From the IMG/VR virus record IMGVR_UViG_3300045988_171102: a stretch of DNA of 64,000 bases; one strand, given 5' to 3'. The position numbers and the translations under genes were made by a program. Positions within the stretch are counted from its first letter, which is position 1. The number at the start of each line of letters is the position of its first letter. Below, one piece after another: positions 1-9,663 of this stretch. This stretch comes from a virus. Under the pieces are notes generated by a model, which ran no database searches, had not been told where the DNA came from, and saw only the letters and a list, made by a program, of their open reading frames with translations.

Positions 1-1003
1 CATCATATACATTTGATAAGGCTTTATTAATTGCGTTTCGTTGTCTTGCTTTAGCGTTGTTGCAAAAACGAGCAACTCTATCATAAATAGATTCTTCTAT
101 TGTTGGTTTATTTCTTGGCTTATAATCAAAATATTGAGTTTGTTCAATAAATGCCTGAAACATCAAATTCTTTTCTTCTTGTGAACCCATTCTTATTAAA
201 GCATTTATTAATGGAACGATATAAAATTGTACATTATGAATATTAACCCTGTTATGTATTGAATCAAATTGTTTTTTGATTAATGCTTTAAAAAGAGAGT
301 TGTAAACGCTTGACAATCCTTTGTCAATAATTCTTTTAGTCTCATAGCTCCTAATATCCATCATATCACCTATATTGCCTAATGCAACAAGGTCAAGATA
401 TTTCTCGGATTCAAAATTAAACCATTCATCATCAAGTGCTTGTAAAAATTTATATGTAATGCCTACTCCCGACAGTTCTTTGTTGGGATAATTACCTTTT
501 TGGTTATTAACGATAATTGCATATGGATTATCAATTTCGATAATATGATGGTCTAATATAATGATATCAAGAAGTGCATTTTCTGCTTTTAGCTTACAAC
601 ATTGTTCAACATCATTGCTCCCAGCATCGGGAATAATTAATAATTGAGTATCTTTTGGAATTGTAATATCTTCCGATAAGCCATGTTGCTTTTTATCATG
701 TAATGAATATGTCAGTTCCCACATTGGACATACCGTTTTAAGATACATATACATTATTGCTGACGAAGTATATCCATCTACATCAGAATCAACTATAATG
801 TGAACTTTTCTTGATTCTTCAGGTGTAACTTTGCAAAAACATCGTACTGCATTATCAATGTTATCTAACAACTTATAAGAATACACAACATCATCTGTTA
901 AATGTAAATATTTGCAAGGATTTTTTATTCCTCTATTATGTAAAACTGTCCCAGTTATATTGTTAATATCATTAGGACTGCTATTGATTAATTTACATTC
1001 CAT
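1..1003 (-). CDS. RecJ-like DHH-family ssDNA exonuclease, N-terminal part (ORF runs off the left window edge)
   Basis: Own translation from ATG at 1003 (MECKLINSSPND...). DHH-family motifs HIIVDSDVDGYTS, IIPDAGSND, ILDHH and GVGITYKF. The frame stays open to position 1, so it is missing from the ORF track. Confidence 0.65.
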   Translation of the reverse strand, partial: MECKLINSSPNDINNITGTVLHNRGIKNPCKYLHLTDDVVYSYKLLDNIDNAVRCFCKVTPEESRKVHIIVDSDVDGYTSSAIMYMYLKTVCPMWELTYSLHDKKQHGLSEDITIPKDTQLLIIPDAGSNDVEQCCKLKAENALLDIIILDHHIIEIDNPYAIIVNNQKGNYPNKELSGVGITYKFLQALDDEWFNFESEKYLDLVALGNIGDMMDIRSYETKRIIDKGLSSVYNSLFKALIKKQFDSIHNRVNIHNVQFYIVPLINALIRMGSQEEKNLMFQAFIEQTQYFDYKPRNKPTIEESIYDRVARFCNNAKARQRNAINKALSNVYD

Positions 1004-1007
1004 TATA

Positions 1008-2027
1008 TCACCTCAACCTTGTCATTCCATTTTGGATCAATGTTTTAAATTTTTTAGGATCATCACACGGACTTTCCTTTTCAGATAATATATTTTGCTT
1101 ATCAATAACCGCAAAGATATTGAGATAATTCATAAACTTATCAGCAATATGATTCAATTCTTCAATTTGAACATCTTTGTCATAAACAAAAATAATATTC
1201 TCGCATATCCTTGATAACTTATTAACTTGAATTTGTGTAATTTTCTTGCCACAGGTGGCTACTGTGTTTGTGTAGCCACCTGAAAACATCTGCATAACAC
1301 CTTTTTCAGATTCAACAACATATACAGAATTATTTTGTTTAATTGAATCATAAGCGATATTCAATCCATATAAGATTTGACCTTTAGCACAAGGTTCAAT
1401 ATATAAATACTTATTTATATAATCAGGCATATTAGTAGAGAAATACCTCCCCTTAACACCTACCAAATTACCTAATTCATCTCTAATTGGAATTGTAATC
1501 CTGTTTGTTTCTTCATCATATCCAACTTCAAACATTTTTTGTATTCGATAATCAATATTATCTTGGTAAAACATATCGTTCAAATATGGTTTATAATATG
1601 ATAAAATATGTTCACTGATTGGCTCAATAGGCTTTTCAATACAAATGTCCCCATCGTTATGTATGCTAAGCTCCGTAAGTAGTTTTGTCAATTTAAGGCT
1701 TGCAGGTAAATTTTTATTAAAATCATAATAATAATCAATGCCTATACACTGGCATACATATTTTAATGATTGAAAAAAGTTACAATGCTGAAAAAACATA
1801 ACCAAATTAAATATATCTGAGATATTTTTTTGTTCTATGTTGCGAGTATAATCTATTGTATGTAAACTATTTTTATATACAGTAATAGCATTAAGATTAT
1901 CTCCGTCTGGATTAGCACACTGATAATACTCCCCTTTGTCTTTAATATCATGGCATTTCAAACATTCTAAAATCTGTGGAACAAAATCATTATTGATTAT
2001 ATGTTCTTTTAAGCGTTGTACATCCAT
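1008..2027 (-). CDS. DnaG-like DNA primase (Cys-rich N-terminus plus TOPRIM)
   Basis: TOPRIM signature VYVVESEKG ... IFVYDKD. N-terminal Cys/His cluster. Lies immediately next to the helicase gene. Confidence 0.65.
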   Translation of the reverse strand: MDVQRLKEHIINNDFVPQILECLKCHDIKDKGEYYQCANPDGDNLNAITVYKNSLHTIDYTRNIEQKNISDIFNLVMFFQHCNFFQSLKYVCQCIGIDYYYDFNKNLPASLKLTKLLTELSIHNDGDICIEKPIEPISEHILSYYKPYLNDMFYQDNIDYRIQKMFEVGYDEETNRITIPIRDELGNLVGVKGRYFSTNMPDYINKYLYIEPCAKGQILYGLNIAYDSIKQNNSVYVVESEKGVMQMFSGGYTNTVATCGKKITQIQVNKLSRICENIIFVYDKDVQIEELNHIADKFMNYLNIFAVIDKQNILSEKESPCDDPKKFKTLIQNGMTRLR

Positions 2028-2029
2028 TT

Positions 2030-3445
2030 TTACCTTCCCCTTGCTACAACTACTAATTCACCTCGTTCATACCATTCATTGGTATCAAGATTAACTTCAT
2101 AAACCATTTTATGCTTATTGCCAAATCTATTCTTATCCGTAACCCCAATATAATATTTTTTACTATTGTCTAACGACTCTTCTCCGTAATCTCCCCATTC
2201 GGAATCATAAACAAGATATTTATATTTAGAATAATCTTTTAAATCAACGGATTTGAATAATACCAATGTATCAAGCACATGTTTTAATTGCTTACAGTTA
2301 GCGATATTTGATGAACACAAATCTTCAGGTTTGACAAAATTAGTGTCATCTGTCAACTGAATAGAACAATAAATAAAAATATTCAACTGCCTTGTTAGTT
2401 CTGATAACATTGTTGTAGTAACTTTTAATCCAGTCCAATCACCCACTGTACTGTCGGTGTCTTTTAATGTATCATAAAAGAAATATTGTGTTTGGCTAAT
2501 CATATGTTGTTTTCGGATTTCTAACTCTAATGTCTGATTATCATAAGCAGAAACCATATCAACAGCAAAAATCAATCCCTTAGTTTCTTTTTCAATCCAT
2601 TCAGCTACCTTAATAATGTTTGCATACTCAACTGATAATTGCGAGACTCTGGCATAATAATCATCGAACGATTCAATAAATTCACCTTCGGCATTTTGTT
2701 TACGGATAATAAACTCCCCTTTATTATCCTTGTATAACCCAAGTGTAATTTCTCTTTCTTTTTTACTTAAATGAATACCATGCAATTCTTCAAACTCTCG
2801 ATTATTAATAACAGTAGTTAGTAAACAAAATTTCATATTTTCAATTGACATTTCATTTAACAACACACATACTGGCTCTTTCTGATACAATGCCAAGTAT
2901 GCAATCAATTTAAACATAAATCGTGACTTACCGTCATTGGATCTCATGCCAACACACATTAAACATTCTGTTTTTAAGCCTTTAAACATTTCATTCCACA
3001 TCGGATAAGGTGTTGAAATTCCCATATCAGGTGTTTTAAGTCTGTCAAGAATCATGTCTGTCATCTTATTATTTAAGATTTCAGTATCAGCATTACCTAA
3101 AATAACAGTTTGAACCCTGTCAATTTTGCTCCTAACTAATCGTGGAATGTCACTTGAAGTCCACGATTCAAATTTCGGATGTGTTACGATTTTGCTAACA
3201 TTAAATCCCTTACGAGAATACTCTCTTAGTAAAGAATATTTTTTTAATACTTCTGCATACGATTTTACATTTTCAACTAAAGCAAGTTCCATCCATTTAG
3301 ATACAGTTGACCAACCACCATAGTTAATATAAGATTGATACCTTTCTTGATCTTCAGTCATATATGTTGTTATGATAGATGAATTAAAAGATTGACTACG
3401 ATTTTGGTAAATAGAAACAGCATTATCGTAAAAAAATCTTGTCAC
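2030..3445 (-). CDS. DnaB-family replicative helicase (true start probably upstream near 3577)
   Basis: Walker A GMRSNDGKS and DnaB-like KNRFGNKHK. The track start is GTG. The frame stays open and protein-like for 44 more codons upstream. Confidence 0.75.
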   Translation of the reverse strand: MTRFFYDNAVSIYQNRSQSFNSSIITTYMTEDQERYQSYINYGGWSTVSKWMELALVENVKSYAEVLKKYSLLREYSRKGFNVSKIVTHPKFESWTSSDIPRLVRSKIDRVQTVILGNADTEILNNKMTDMILDRLKTPDMGISTPYPMWNEMFKGLKTECLMCVGMRSNDGKSRFMFKLIAYLALYQKEPVCVLLNEMSIENMKFCLLTTVINNREFEELHGIHLSKKEREITLGLYKDNKGEFIIRKQNAEGEFIESFDDYYARVSQLSVEYANIIKVAEWIEKETKGLIFAVDMVSAYDNQTLELEIRKQHMISQTQYFFYDTLKDTDSTVGDWTGLKVTTTMLSELTRQLNIFIYCSIQLTDDTNFVKPEDLCSSNIANCKQLKHVLDTLVLFKSVDLKDYSKYKYLVYDSEWGDYGEESLDNSKKYYIGVTDKNRFGNKHKMVYEVNLDTNEWYERGELVVVARGR

Positions 3446-3613
3446 TTCGTCTGTAAAATCATATTTACTTCTTATTTGCGAAGCATATTCTACAAGTAAT
3501 GATGGCTGTTTATATATAGCCCCGACAAATAATATCTCATTTTGAACATTGTCAAGTTTAACTTCCTGTTCTTCTATAAAATATCACCACCCATTTAATT
3601 TAAGTGCCTATAA

Positions 3614-4258
3614 TCATATATCATCTATAATGTCAGAAATGTCAGCACCTTTATTCTCACTTCGATGATATTTTTTAAAAATAGTATAATCTATTTGTGT
3701 ACGCTGAGCATTAAGTGATTGTTTTTTTAACACAGACTCTTCCAACGCTGCCTGTTTCCATTCACAATAATCGTTATAATCATTTATGATGACCGCTATG
3801 TCATACGCAAACATAGATTCTACAGTTAAAGATTGTCCTGTTCGTATTTTTTTTGCCTCAAGTTGATAATTAATTTTTTTTAACTTATCCTGATTACGAA
3901 TAAACATTTGGTATAAATCTTCAACTGGTATCTTTATTGTAATGTCTTTATACCTACCATCGGCAATCATATTTACCAATTGCTTTGCCTTATTAGGCAT
4001 TATTTTTTGCCCATAAAATTGACAATACCATTCTGCTAATTGACCTAAATAATATGCTTTATTAGCTATTTCTTCGGTCTTATTTTTTAATGGCTGCAAA
4101 TATTTTGTTGCCTGATCTTCTGTCCACGGTTTTCTTTTTAAATTTGTTTTATATTGAATGAAACATGCACAATGGCAATAATGATTTTGGTCTATCACAT
4201 AACTGCCATCGTACATTTTTGTAATATCTATAATGTTTTTACAATAAAAACATTTCAT
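3614..4258 (-). CDS. hypothetical protein with N-terminal Cys/His cluster
   Basis: ORF in track with CxxC...HxxC at the N-terminus. Packed co-directionally in the replication module. Confidence 0.5.
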   Translation of the reverse strand: MKCFYCKNIIDITKMYDGSYVIDQNHYCHCACFIQYKTNLKRKPWTEDQATKYLQPLKNKTEEIANKAYYLGQLAEWYCQFYGQKIMPNKAKQLVNMIADGRYKDITIKIPVEDLYQMFIRNQDKLKKINYQLEAKKIRTGQSLTVESMFAYDIAVIINDYNDYCEWKQAALEESVLKKQSLNAQRTQIDYTIFKKYHRSENKGADISDIIDDI

Positions 4259-4264
4259 ATTTCA

Positions 4265-5419
4265 TCAAACAACAGATTCAAGAATTGATAGATATTTCTG
4301 AAGTGTAGCACTATCTTCAATCTGTTTGTATGTAGGGGAAAGACCAGCTTCAATAATTAAATTCTTTGCTTTCGCTTTCTTTGTGCTTACAAGACTTTTC
4401 AATGTGGTAGAAATTTTACTCTTCAATTCTTCAACACTACTATCAATTACCTTTGATGAAACTTCATCATCATCCTTAATAGCTGTTTCTTCAATGTTTT
4501 TAGCTTCAATATTAACGCTATTGTTAAGTGAAGAGACAACCTTAATTTCCTTTTTATTTTTATTTCTATCAATAACTTTTTGCCAAGCGAGAAGAGAAGG
4601 ATGTTCAATAAACTGATTTTGTGGATAAATATTTGTTCTATCTTTTCCCTCAACAATAGCTACCACTTCACCACTTTCTTCATCCTGTATCATGTGAAGC
4701 ACAGTCTTTACATTATATGCAACATCTTTAAAACCCTGTGGTCTTTTCTCACCAGTGGCAACCATCTTAAACTGACCATCTTTATCCTTCATATTTTCCT
4801 TTACATCTTCTTCTCGACAAGTCACAGCAAAATGTTTGCCACTTGCAAGAAGATCAAGAATGAATGACTGACCATCAAATTTAAGTGTCTGATAATCTTT
4901 AACTTCAAGACCGGCACCCTCAATGGCAACAAATTTTTCGTCACCAACCATTTCTTTCTTTTTGGCTCTTACTCCTGCCCTCTTTTTTGAGAACTCTACA
5001 ATACCTTGCTGACGAGCTGTATAAAGAAGTGACAATCCATCAACAACAATGGCATCTGCTACAAATTTATCACCCTTAGAGTCTACAGCAAGAACATCAT
5101 CACCATTATCATCAGTTAAATAAATTTCTTCATTTGCTGAAGCTGTCTTAATTAAATTTTCTGCCTCAGTAAGTGACTGTGTGTAAGCAATTAAAATATT
5201 ACTTGTATCTACACCTTGTGCTTCATAACCCTCAAGGTATGAATCAATAGAGCCTGCCTCAGCATCTATATACAAAACTCGAAAAGGTTCACCATCTTCT
5301 CTCTTAAACTTTGCAAATTCCAAGCAAAGACTTGATTTCCAAGTACCCTGCTTTCCATAAAGAAGAAAGCCAAGTTTTTCTTTTACTGCTGTTGCTTTTC
5401 TGATATTCATTAATCCCAT
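4265..5419 (-). CDS. RecA-fold AAA ATPase, Sak4/AAA_24-like
   Basis: Walker A-like LLYGKQGTWKSS and Walker B-like AIVVDGLS. Adjacent to the SSB-like gene. Confidence 0.5.
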   Translation of the reverse strand: MGLMNIRKATAVKEKLGFLLYGKQGTWKSSLCLEFAKFKREDGEPFRVLYIDAEAGSIDSYLEGYEAQGVDTSNILIAYTQSLTEAENLIKTASANEEIYLTDDNGDDVLAVDSKGDKFVADAIVVDGLSLLYTARQQGIVEFSKKRAGVRAKKKEMVGDEKFVAIEGAGLEVKDYQTLKFDGQSFILDLLASGKHFAVTCREEDVKENMKDKDGQFKMVATGEKRPQGFKDVAYNVKTVLHMIQDEESGEVVAIVEGKDRTNIYPQNQFIEHPSLLAWQKVIDRNKNKKEIKVVSSLNNSVNIEAKNIEETAIKDDDEVSSKVIDSSVEELKSKISTTLKSLVSTKKAKAKNLIIEAGLSPTYKQIEDSATLQKYLSILESVV

Positions 5420-6447
5420 TCCTCGCCTTCGTAATTTTCGCCCCAGTCATCACTGTCGCTTGTTGTTTTAAATTCACTATTTGCCTTATCATTAGCTTTC
5501 TGCTTGTAAAGAGCTTCCTCAATAACTTCTTCTGAATAAGTATCTGTGTCAATTGTATCTTTGTCAGCACCATTGATAATCAGTTTACGAACAGTTGGAG
5601 CTTTCACTTTTTCCATCTCAATGCCAACACCCCAAGCATCATCAACTTCAACTTCTTCAACAGGTGTTTCGACAGAAAAATAACCTCCTACTTTAATCAT
5701 GGTATAAGGCTTAAGCATTTTCTTAAAAGTCTGAGCCATTTTGCTGTTCTGAACATACATTTCGATATCTTCAATAGAGTTATAATTAACTACTTTAGCC
5801 GACACAATAAATTCATTATCGTTTTCCTTATTTTTTTCAATACCCATAAAAATAATTTCCTGCTTAAACATATTTATAGGCTTAAATTTTTCATCGTCAA
5901 AATCAATAGGTTTCTGACACAGCGATACTTGATCAAAGTCAAAAGAAGTGTTGTGTTTGCCATTATATGTAGAAAACTTAATATCGCCTTTCACAAATAC
6001 ATTATCATTATCCTGAAGATGTTCGGAAATTTCCTTACAAGCATCAAAAGCAACAAGTGTCTTTTTATTATTCACAATCTTACCGTCATCATCAACAATT
6101 TTTTCAACTCCACAATGAACGCCAACAAGATTGTATTCTTCAGATGGAGCTTTATGTCTGTCTGCCCAAGCAACTTTCTGTGTATCACTTACACGCTTAC
6201 CATTAACAACCTCTGACTTGTTAAAATATACATAATCTTGCTGAGAACCAGTCTGCTGAACATAGGCAACTGAATCAGGCTGATACATTACGCCAAAATT
6301 AACTCTACGCCAACTCTTACCAGTGTTTGATGACTTACCTTCTTTATAAAATCCATCTTTCTCAACTCCAGTAACTTTACCCATTATCTGAAATTTACCT
6401 TTTGTCTGTCTTAATCCAAGTCCTTTATTACTCATTTGTTGTATCAA
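5410..6447 (-). CDS. putative ssDNA-binding protein
   Basis: Acidic C-terminal tail (DSDDWGENYEGEEWD) typical of SSBs. Position between the recombinase-like ATPase and small genes. No strong motif, so tentative. Confidence 0.4.
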   Translation of the reverse strand: MIQQMSNKGLGLRQTKGKFQIMGKVTGVEKDGFYKEGKSSNTGKSWRRVNFGVMYQPDSVAYVQQTGSQQDYVYFNKSEVVNGKRVSDTQKVAWADRHKAPSEEYNLVGVHCGVEKIVDDDGKIVNNKKTLVAFDACKEISEHLQDNDNVFVKGDIKFSTYNGKHNTSFDFDQVSLCQKPIDFDDEKFKPINMFKQEIIFMGIEKNKENDNEFIVSAKVVNYNSIEDIEMYVQNSKMAQTFKKMLKPYTMIKVGGYFSVETPVEEVEVDDAWGVGIEMEKVKAPTVRKLIINGADKDTIDTDTYSEEVIEEALYKQKANDKANSEFKTTSDSDDWGENYEGEEWD

Positions 6448-6727
6448 CCTTTCTATTATCTTTTTTATTTGTATTTTTAGCTTTATATCCTACACATTTT
6501 TTATCCTTAAGAACTGTAATAAAATCACCTTCATCACAATTAGAAGGAACGGTTACACAATTTAAATTTTTACAAATGCAATATGTAGTCAATTTTTTTC
6601 CGTATTTATCGTAGACACAATGCTGTTCTTTCAATGCTCTACATTGCTTGTATTTGAAATCTAAATAAGTACAACCATTGCAAGTTAATTCCTTATCAAC
6701 TAAATAATTTTTGGATGTTTTTAACAT
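6428..6727 (-). CDS. small Cys-rich hypothetical protein
   Basis: ORF in track with many Cys pairs. Co-directional, with a short overlap with the neighbouring gene. Confidence 0.5.
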   Translation of the reverse strand: MLKTSKNYLVDKELTCNGCTYLDFKYKQCRALKEQHCVYDKYGKKLTTYCICKNLNCVTVPSNCDEGDFITVLKDKKCVGYKAKNTNKKDNRKVDTTNE

Positions 6728-6728
6728 C

Positions 6729-7043
6729 TTAAAATCCTTTCTCTATAATCTCTTTTTGCTGTTTATCATATGACTCAATATGTTTATTTGATTTTAAAAA
6801 CTTAATTGTATTAGCTACAGCTAAAGCAGGATTTTTACTTCCTTTAAGCTTCTTCAATACAATTGTAGAAATTGAGTATGCTCCAATCATAAGACCTTTT
6901 TTGTAAGCAGCATCATAAACATTTTTAACAGCTTCTTTAATTTTTTCATCAGGAAATGAATCAATTATTTCTTCAACTGTCATATCGTTTACTTCTTTTG
7001 AAATTATTTTCACCACCTTTCGATTTAAAGTCATAATAGACAT
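6729..7043 (-). CDS. hypothetical protein
   Basis: ORF in track with GGTGGTGA SD-like sequence upstream. Confidence 0.5.
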   Translation of the reverse strand: MSIMTLNRKVVKIISKEVNDMTVEEIIDSFPDEKIKEAVKNVYDAAYKKGLMIGAYSISTIVLKKLKGSKNPALAVANTIKFLKSNKHIESYDKQQKEIIEKGF

Positions 7044-7089
7044 CCTTCATAACATCACCACCTTTAATTTTATATTTTATTTTTTGCAA

Positions 7090-7105
7090 TTACAAATGAC
7101 GGTCA
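7090..7105 (-). promoter_or_regulatory. copy a of the 16-nt motif TGACCGTCAYTTGTAA (read on the minus strand)
   Basis: Plus strand reads TTACAAATGACGGTCA. On the minus strand, TTGTAA is followed 17 nt later by TAAAAT, upstream of the 6729..7043 gene. Confidence 0.5.
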
Positions 7106-7239
7106 ATAGTGTTAAAAAAATAAAACACACTTCCACCTCTTTGGTTAATTACGCAATATCTGTTTTTATCTGCTCATTTTGCCACTATAAATGCAATTAT
7201 CAAAGGATAAAAACGGGAATCACAGTTTTAGCTGTAAAA

Positions 7240-7869
7240 CTATACTTTTATTGTTTCCAAACTTTCCAAAAACTGCTTCATAAAAATGTTATAATCTTCG
7301 ACTCGCTTATTTTCTTTATCTAAATCCGATTTAGCTTGCCGTATTTCATCCTTTAACGACTTCAAAAAGTTTTTCTTATATTCTTTGATACTTTCTGGAG
7401 TATCGTCAAATGTCTTTTTTATAATTCGCATATAATAATCATAGTCATAATCTGTACTTATACACATGTCAACCTGGTTTAGCGCAAATGTCTTAATGTT
7501 TTCATGCAGGTCAGTCGGTGGTTTCCATTTCTCCACTTCTTGTTTGATGCGTTGATACACTTTATCTTTTGCAATCATCTCGTTCAAACACTGTTTGGCT
7601 CTATCTATACATGAATCACGTTCTGTACGCACATATTTAGCAAACTCTGTATCTGTCATTTGAGAAAATTTCTTATATTTCTCTACAGATTCTTCATAAT
7701 GTTTTTGATAAAAGTTATCAGGTGTGAAATGCGTTGGTATAGGTTTTTTCAACCCTTTATCTCTGCTTATTTTTGCTGCTAAACCAAAATTGCGAGAACA
7801 GAGTAAAAGAAAATCTTTTCCTGTTGTTATTGTTCCATTTTCAATAAAAGATGTAAATCCTGTTGGCAT
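7240..7869 (-). CDS. hypothetical protein
   Basis: ORF in track, co-directional with neighbours. Confidence 0.5.
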   Translation of the reverse strand: MPTGFTSFIENGTITTGKDFLLLCSRNFGLAAKISRDKGLKKPIPTHFTPDNFYQKHYEESVEKYKKFSQMTDTEFAKYVRTERDSCIDRAKQCLNEMIAKDKVYQRIKQEVEKWKPPTDLHENIKTFALNQVDMCISTDYDYDYYMRIIKKTFDDTPESIKEYKKNFLKSLKDEIRQAKSDLDKENKRVEDYNIFMKQFLESLETIKV

Positions 7870-7932
7870 ATTTAAAACTCCTTTTTTAATATTTTTTGAG
7901 ATTTTACACCCGACACTGTGAATGTACAGAGG

Positions 7933-8043
7933 TTATTGATGGTCATTGGTGAAATTCATTACAGGAACTACAACAACTGCGACAATAACTGCGATAATAA
8001 CTAATGTAATTACTGTTAAGTAACCTAAGCTCTTCTTTGACAT
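7933..8043 (-). CDS. small membrane protein (36 aa)
   Basis: Own translation MSKKSLGYLTVITLVIIAVIVAVVVVPVMNFTNDHQ. Strong SD AAGGAGAGG upstream. Below the ORF-track length cutoff. Confidence 0.45.
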   Translation of the reverse strand: MSKKSLGYLTVITLVIIAVIVAVVVVPVMNFTNDHQ

Positions 8044-8149
8044 TTTCTTTCTACCTCTCCTTGTATTTTTTATATAGGTATAGTCTTATTGTTTTCAATT
8101 TTGCTTTCATATATTTTTTTTAATTTGTAATAGAGTTATATTCTTTTCT

Positions 8150-8536
8150 TTATCCTTCTTCAGCAATCTGATTCCAACATTCAACACATTTGTTAGAATC
8201 TTTTTTGCAATCCTCTACGCTCATCAACCCTAAATCATGAGGACACACATAAGATGGTTTGCCATTGTTGTCGAGAGGAACATTTGGATATTTCTCTAAT
8301 AAATCCGTAAGATAGGTCTTTTGCGGATGTCCATCCGACCATTGTTGAACTTTTTCTATTGCTTTTTCAGGATAATTCGCTTCAAAAGTTGCACACATCA
8401 TACTTTCAGATGTACCATTATTTTGCCAAGATAATGGGCAGTCAGTGCATTCAATTTGACATCCTCCATATCTATACCTTTTTGTCATTCTCGCTTTTTC
8501 AACGAGATAGTTTTTAGTTTTCGAGCAATCACCCAT
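8150..8536 (-). CDS. Cys-rich hypothetical protein, paralog A
   Basis: Start moved to the internal ATG (MGDCSK...), which follows SD GAGGGTGGAGAA and overlaps the upstream stop (ATGGGTGA). Collinear similarity to 8529..8933. Confidence 0.6.
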   Translation of the reverse strand: MGDCSKTKNYLVEKARMTKRYRYGGCQIECTDCPLSWQNNGTSESMMCATFEANYPEKAIEKVQQWSDGHPQKTYLTDLLEKYPNVPLDNNGKPSYVCPHDLGLMSVEDCKKDSNKCVECWNQIAEEG

Positions 8537-8933
8537 TTTCTCCACCCTCTTCATTGTTTTTAATAGGCTGATTCCAGCATTTAGCACACGCATTGTCTAC
8601 TTCGCAATTATCTAAACTCGTCGCCCCTAATTCATACAGACATATACCTTTAGGAGTTCCATCATCCTTAAGTGGAGTGTTTGGAAAGATTTTCAAAAGC
8701 TCCGTAAGATATGTTTTCTGTAGATGTTCATTGCTCCATCTCTGAATTATTTCTATTGCCTTTTCAGGGTGAAGCATTTCAAGAGTGGTACACGAAACAA
8801 GACCGGATGTCCCGTTATTTTCACTGCATAAAGGACACACGGAACAATCAATTTTACATAACCCTTTTCTTGTTCTTTTCGTCATCCTCAACTTTTCGTT
8901 GAAGTAATTTTTAGCAATATTACAATCAATCAT
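8529..8933 (-). CDS. Cys-rich hypothetical protein, paralog B
   Basis: Shares KNY..EK.RMTKR, C..C.L...NNGTS, HPEKAIE, QKTYLT.LL and C..CWNQ with the downstream ORF. Confidence 0.6.
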   Translation of the reverse strand: MIDCNIAKNYFNEKLRMTKRTRKGLCKIDCSVCPLCSENNGTSGLVSCTTLEMLHPEKAIEIIQRWSNEHLQKTYLTELLKIFPNTPLKDDGTPKGICLYELGATSLDNCEVDNACAKCWNQPIKNNEEGGENG

Positions 8934-9015
8934 TTTTTACACCTCTATACTATCTTGTTTAAATGTTGAATTTATTCGTGGTTTTCCTCAACTAAATTCC
9001 AATAAAACCTCACTT

Positions 9016-9663
9016 TTATTCTTCAGTATCTACAGCCGCTACAAATTCACCATCTTTTAAAGTATAATAAACACCTGCTTTAATTTTATCTCCATCAACT
9101 CTTGTCATCTTTGCACCAACAAATTCCCATCCTTTTTTATTGCTAACATACCGCCATTCAGCACAGACGATATGAGAACCAATACAGCCTTTTGCCTTAC
9201 TTAGATACCCCCAAGCAACAGCCACCCCTGTTGTGTTCTCAACTGAGGACGCTCCTTTATAGCCTGTGGCTGAGGACGCTCCTTTATAGCCTGTAGCTGA
9301 GGACGCTCCGTAATCTCCTGTGGCATTCTGCATTGTGACGGTTTTGGATTTGGTAAAATCTATTGCAGCCTGAACAAGTCCAGCTATGCTTAATTTTGCA
9401 CCAATTTTAATCTTAGTTGATGCAATTTTTGAATCTCTATTATCAGAACCGGATGAAAATTCACCTGTCTGTTCAACTTCATGATATACACTTGTATTTG
9501 GTGAATAATAACCTAAACAATCTAAAGGGTATTCACATGCATGAAATCCTTCATTACAAACAACAGCTTTACTTGTTTCATATTCTTTGCCTTCTTTATA
9601 CTGAAAGCCTCTGCAAGTCATATCTTTATTAAAACCTTTGTAACTTTTAACTACTTTTGACAT
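9016..9663 (-). CDS. hypothetical protein with internal ATG[YD][KY]GASS repeats
   Basis: ORF in track. N-terminal KGFNKDMTCRGFQYKEGKEY...GFHAC block. Three 9-aa repeats. Confidence 0.55.
   Translation of the reverse strand: MSKVVKSYKGFNKDMTCRGFQYKEGKEYETSKAVVCNEGFHACEYPLDCLGYYSPNTSVYHEVEQTGEFSSGSDNRDSKIASTKIKIGAKLSIAGLVQAAIDFTKSKTVTMQNATGDYGASSATGYKGASSATGYKGASSVENTTGVAVAWGYLSKAKGCIGSHIVCAEWRYVSNKKGWEFVGAKMTRVDGDKIKAGVYYTLKDGEFVAAVDTEE
9243..9323. repeat. 3 x 27-bp tandem repeat inside the 9016..9663 CDS
   Basis: CTGAGGACGCTCCTTTATAGCCTGTGG occurs twice nearly identically. A third copy is diverged. Confidence 0.8.
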
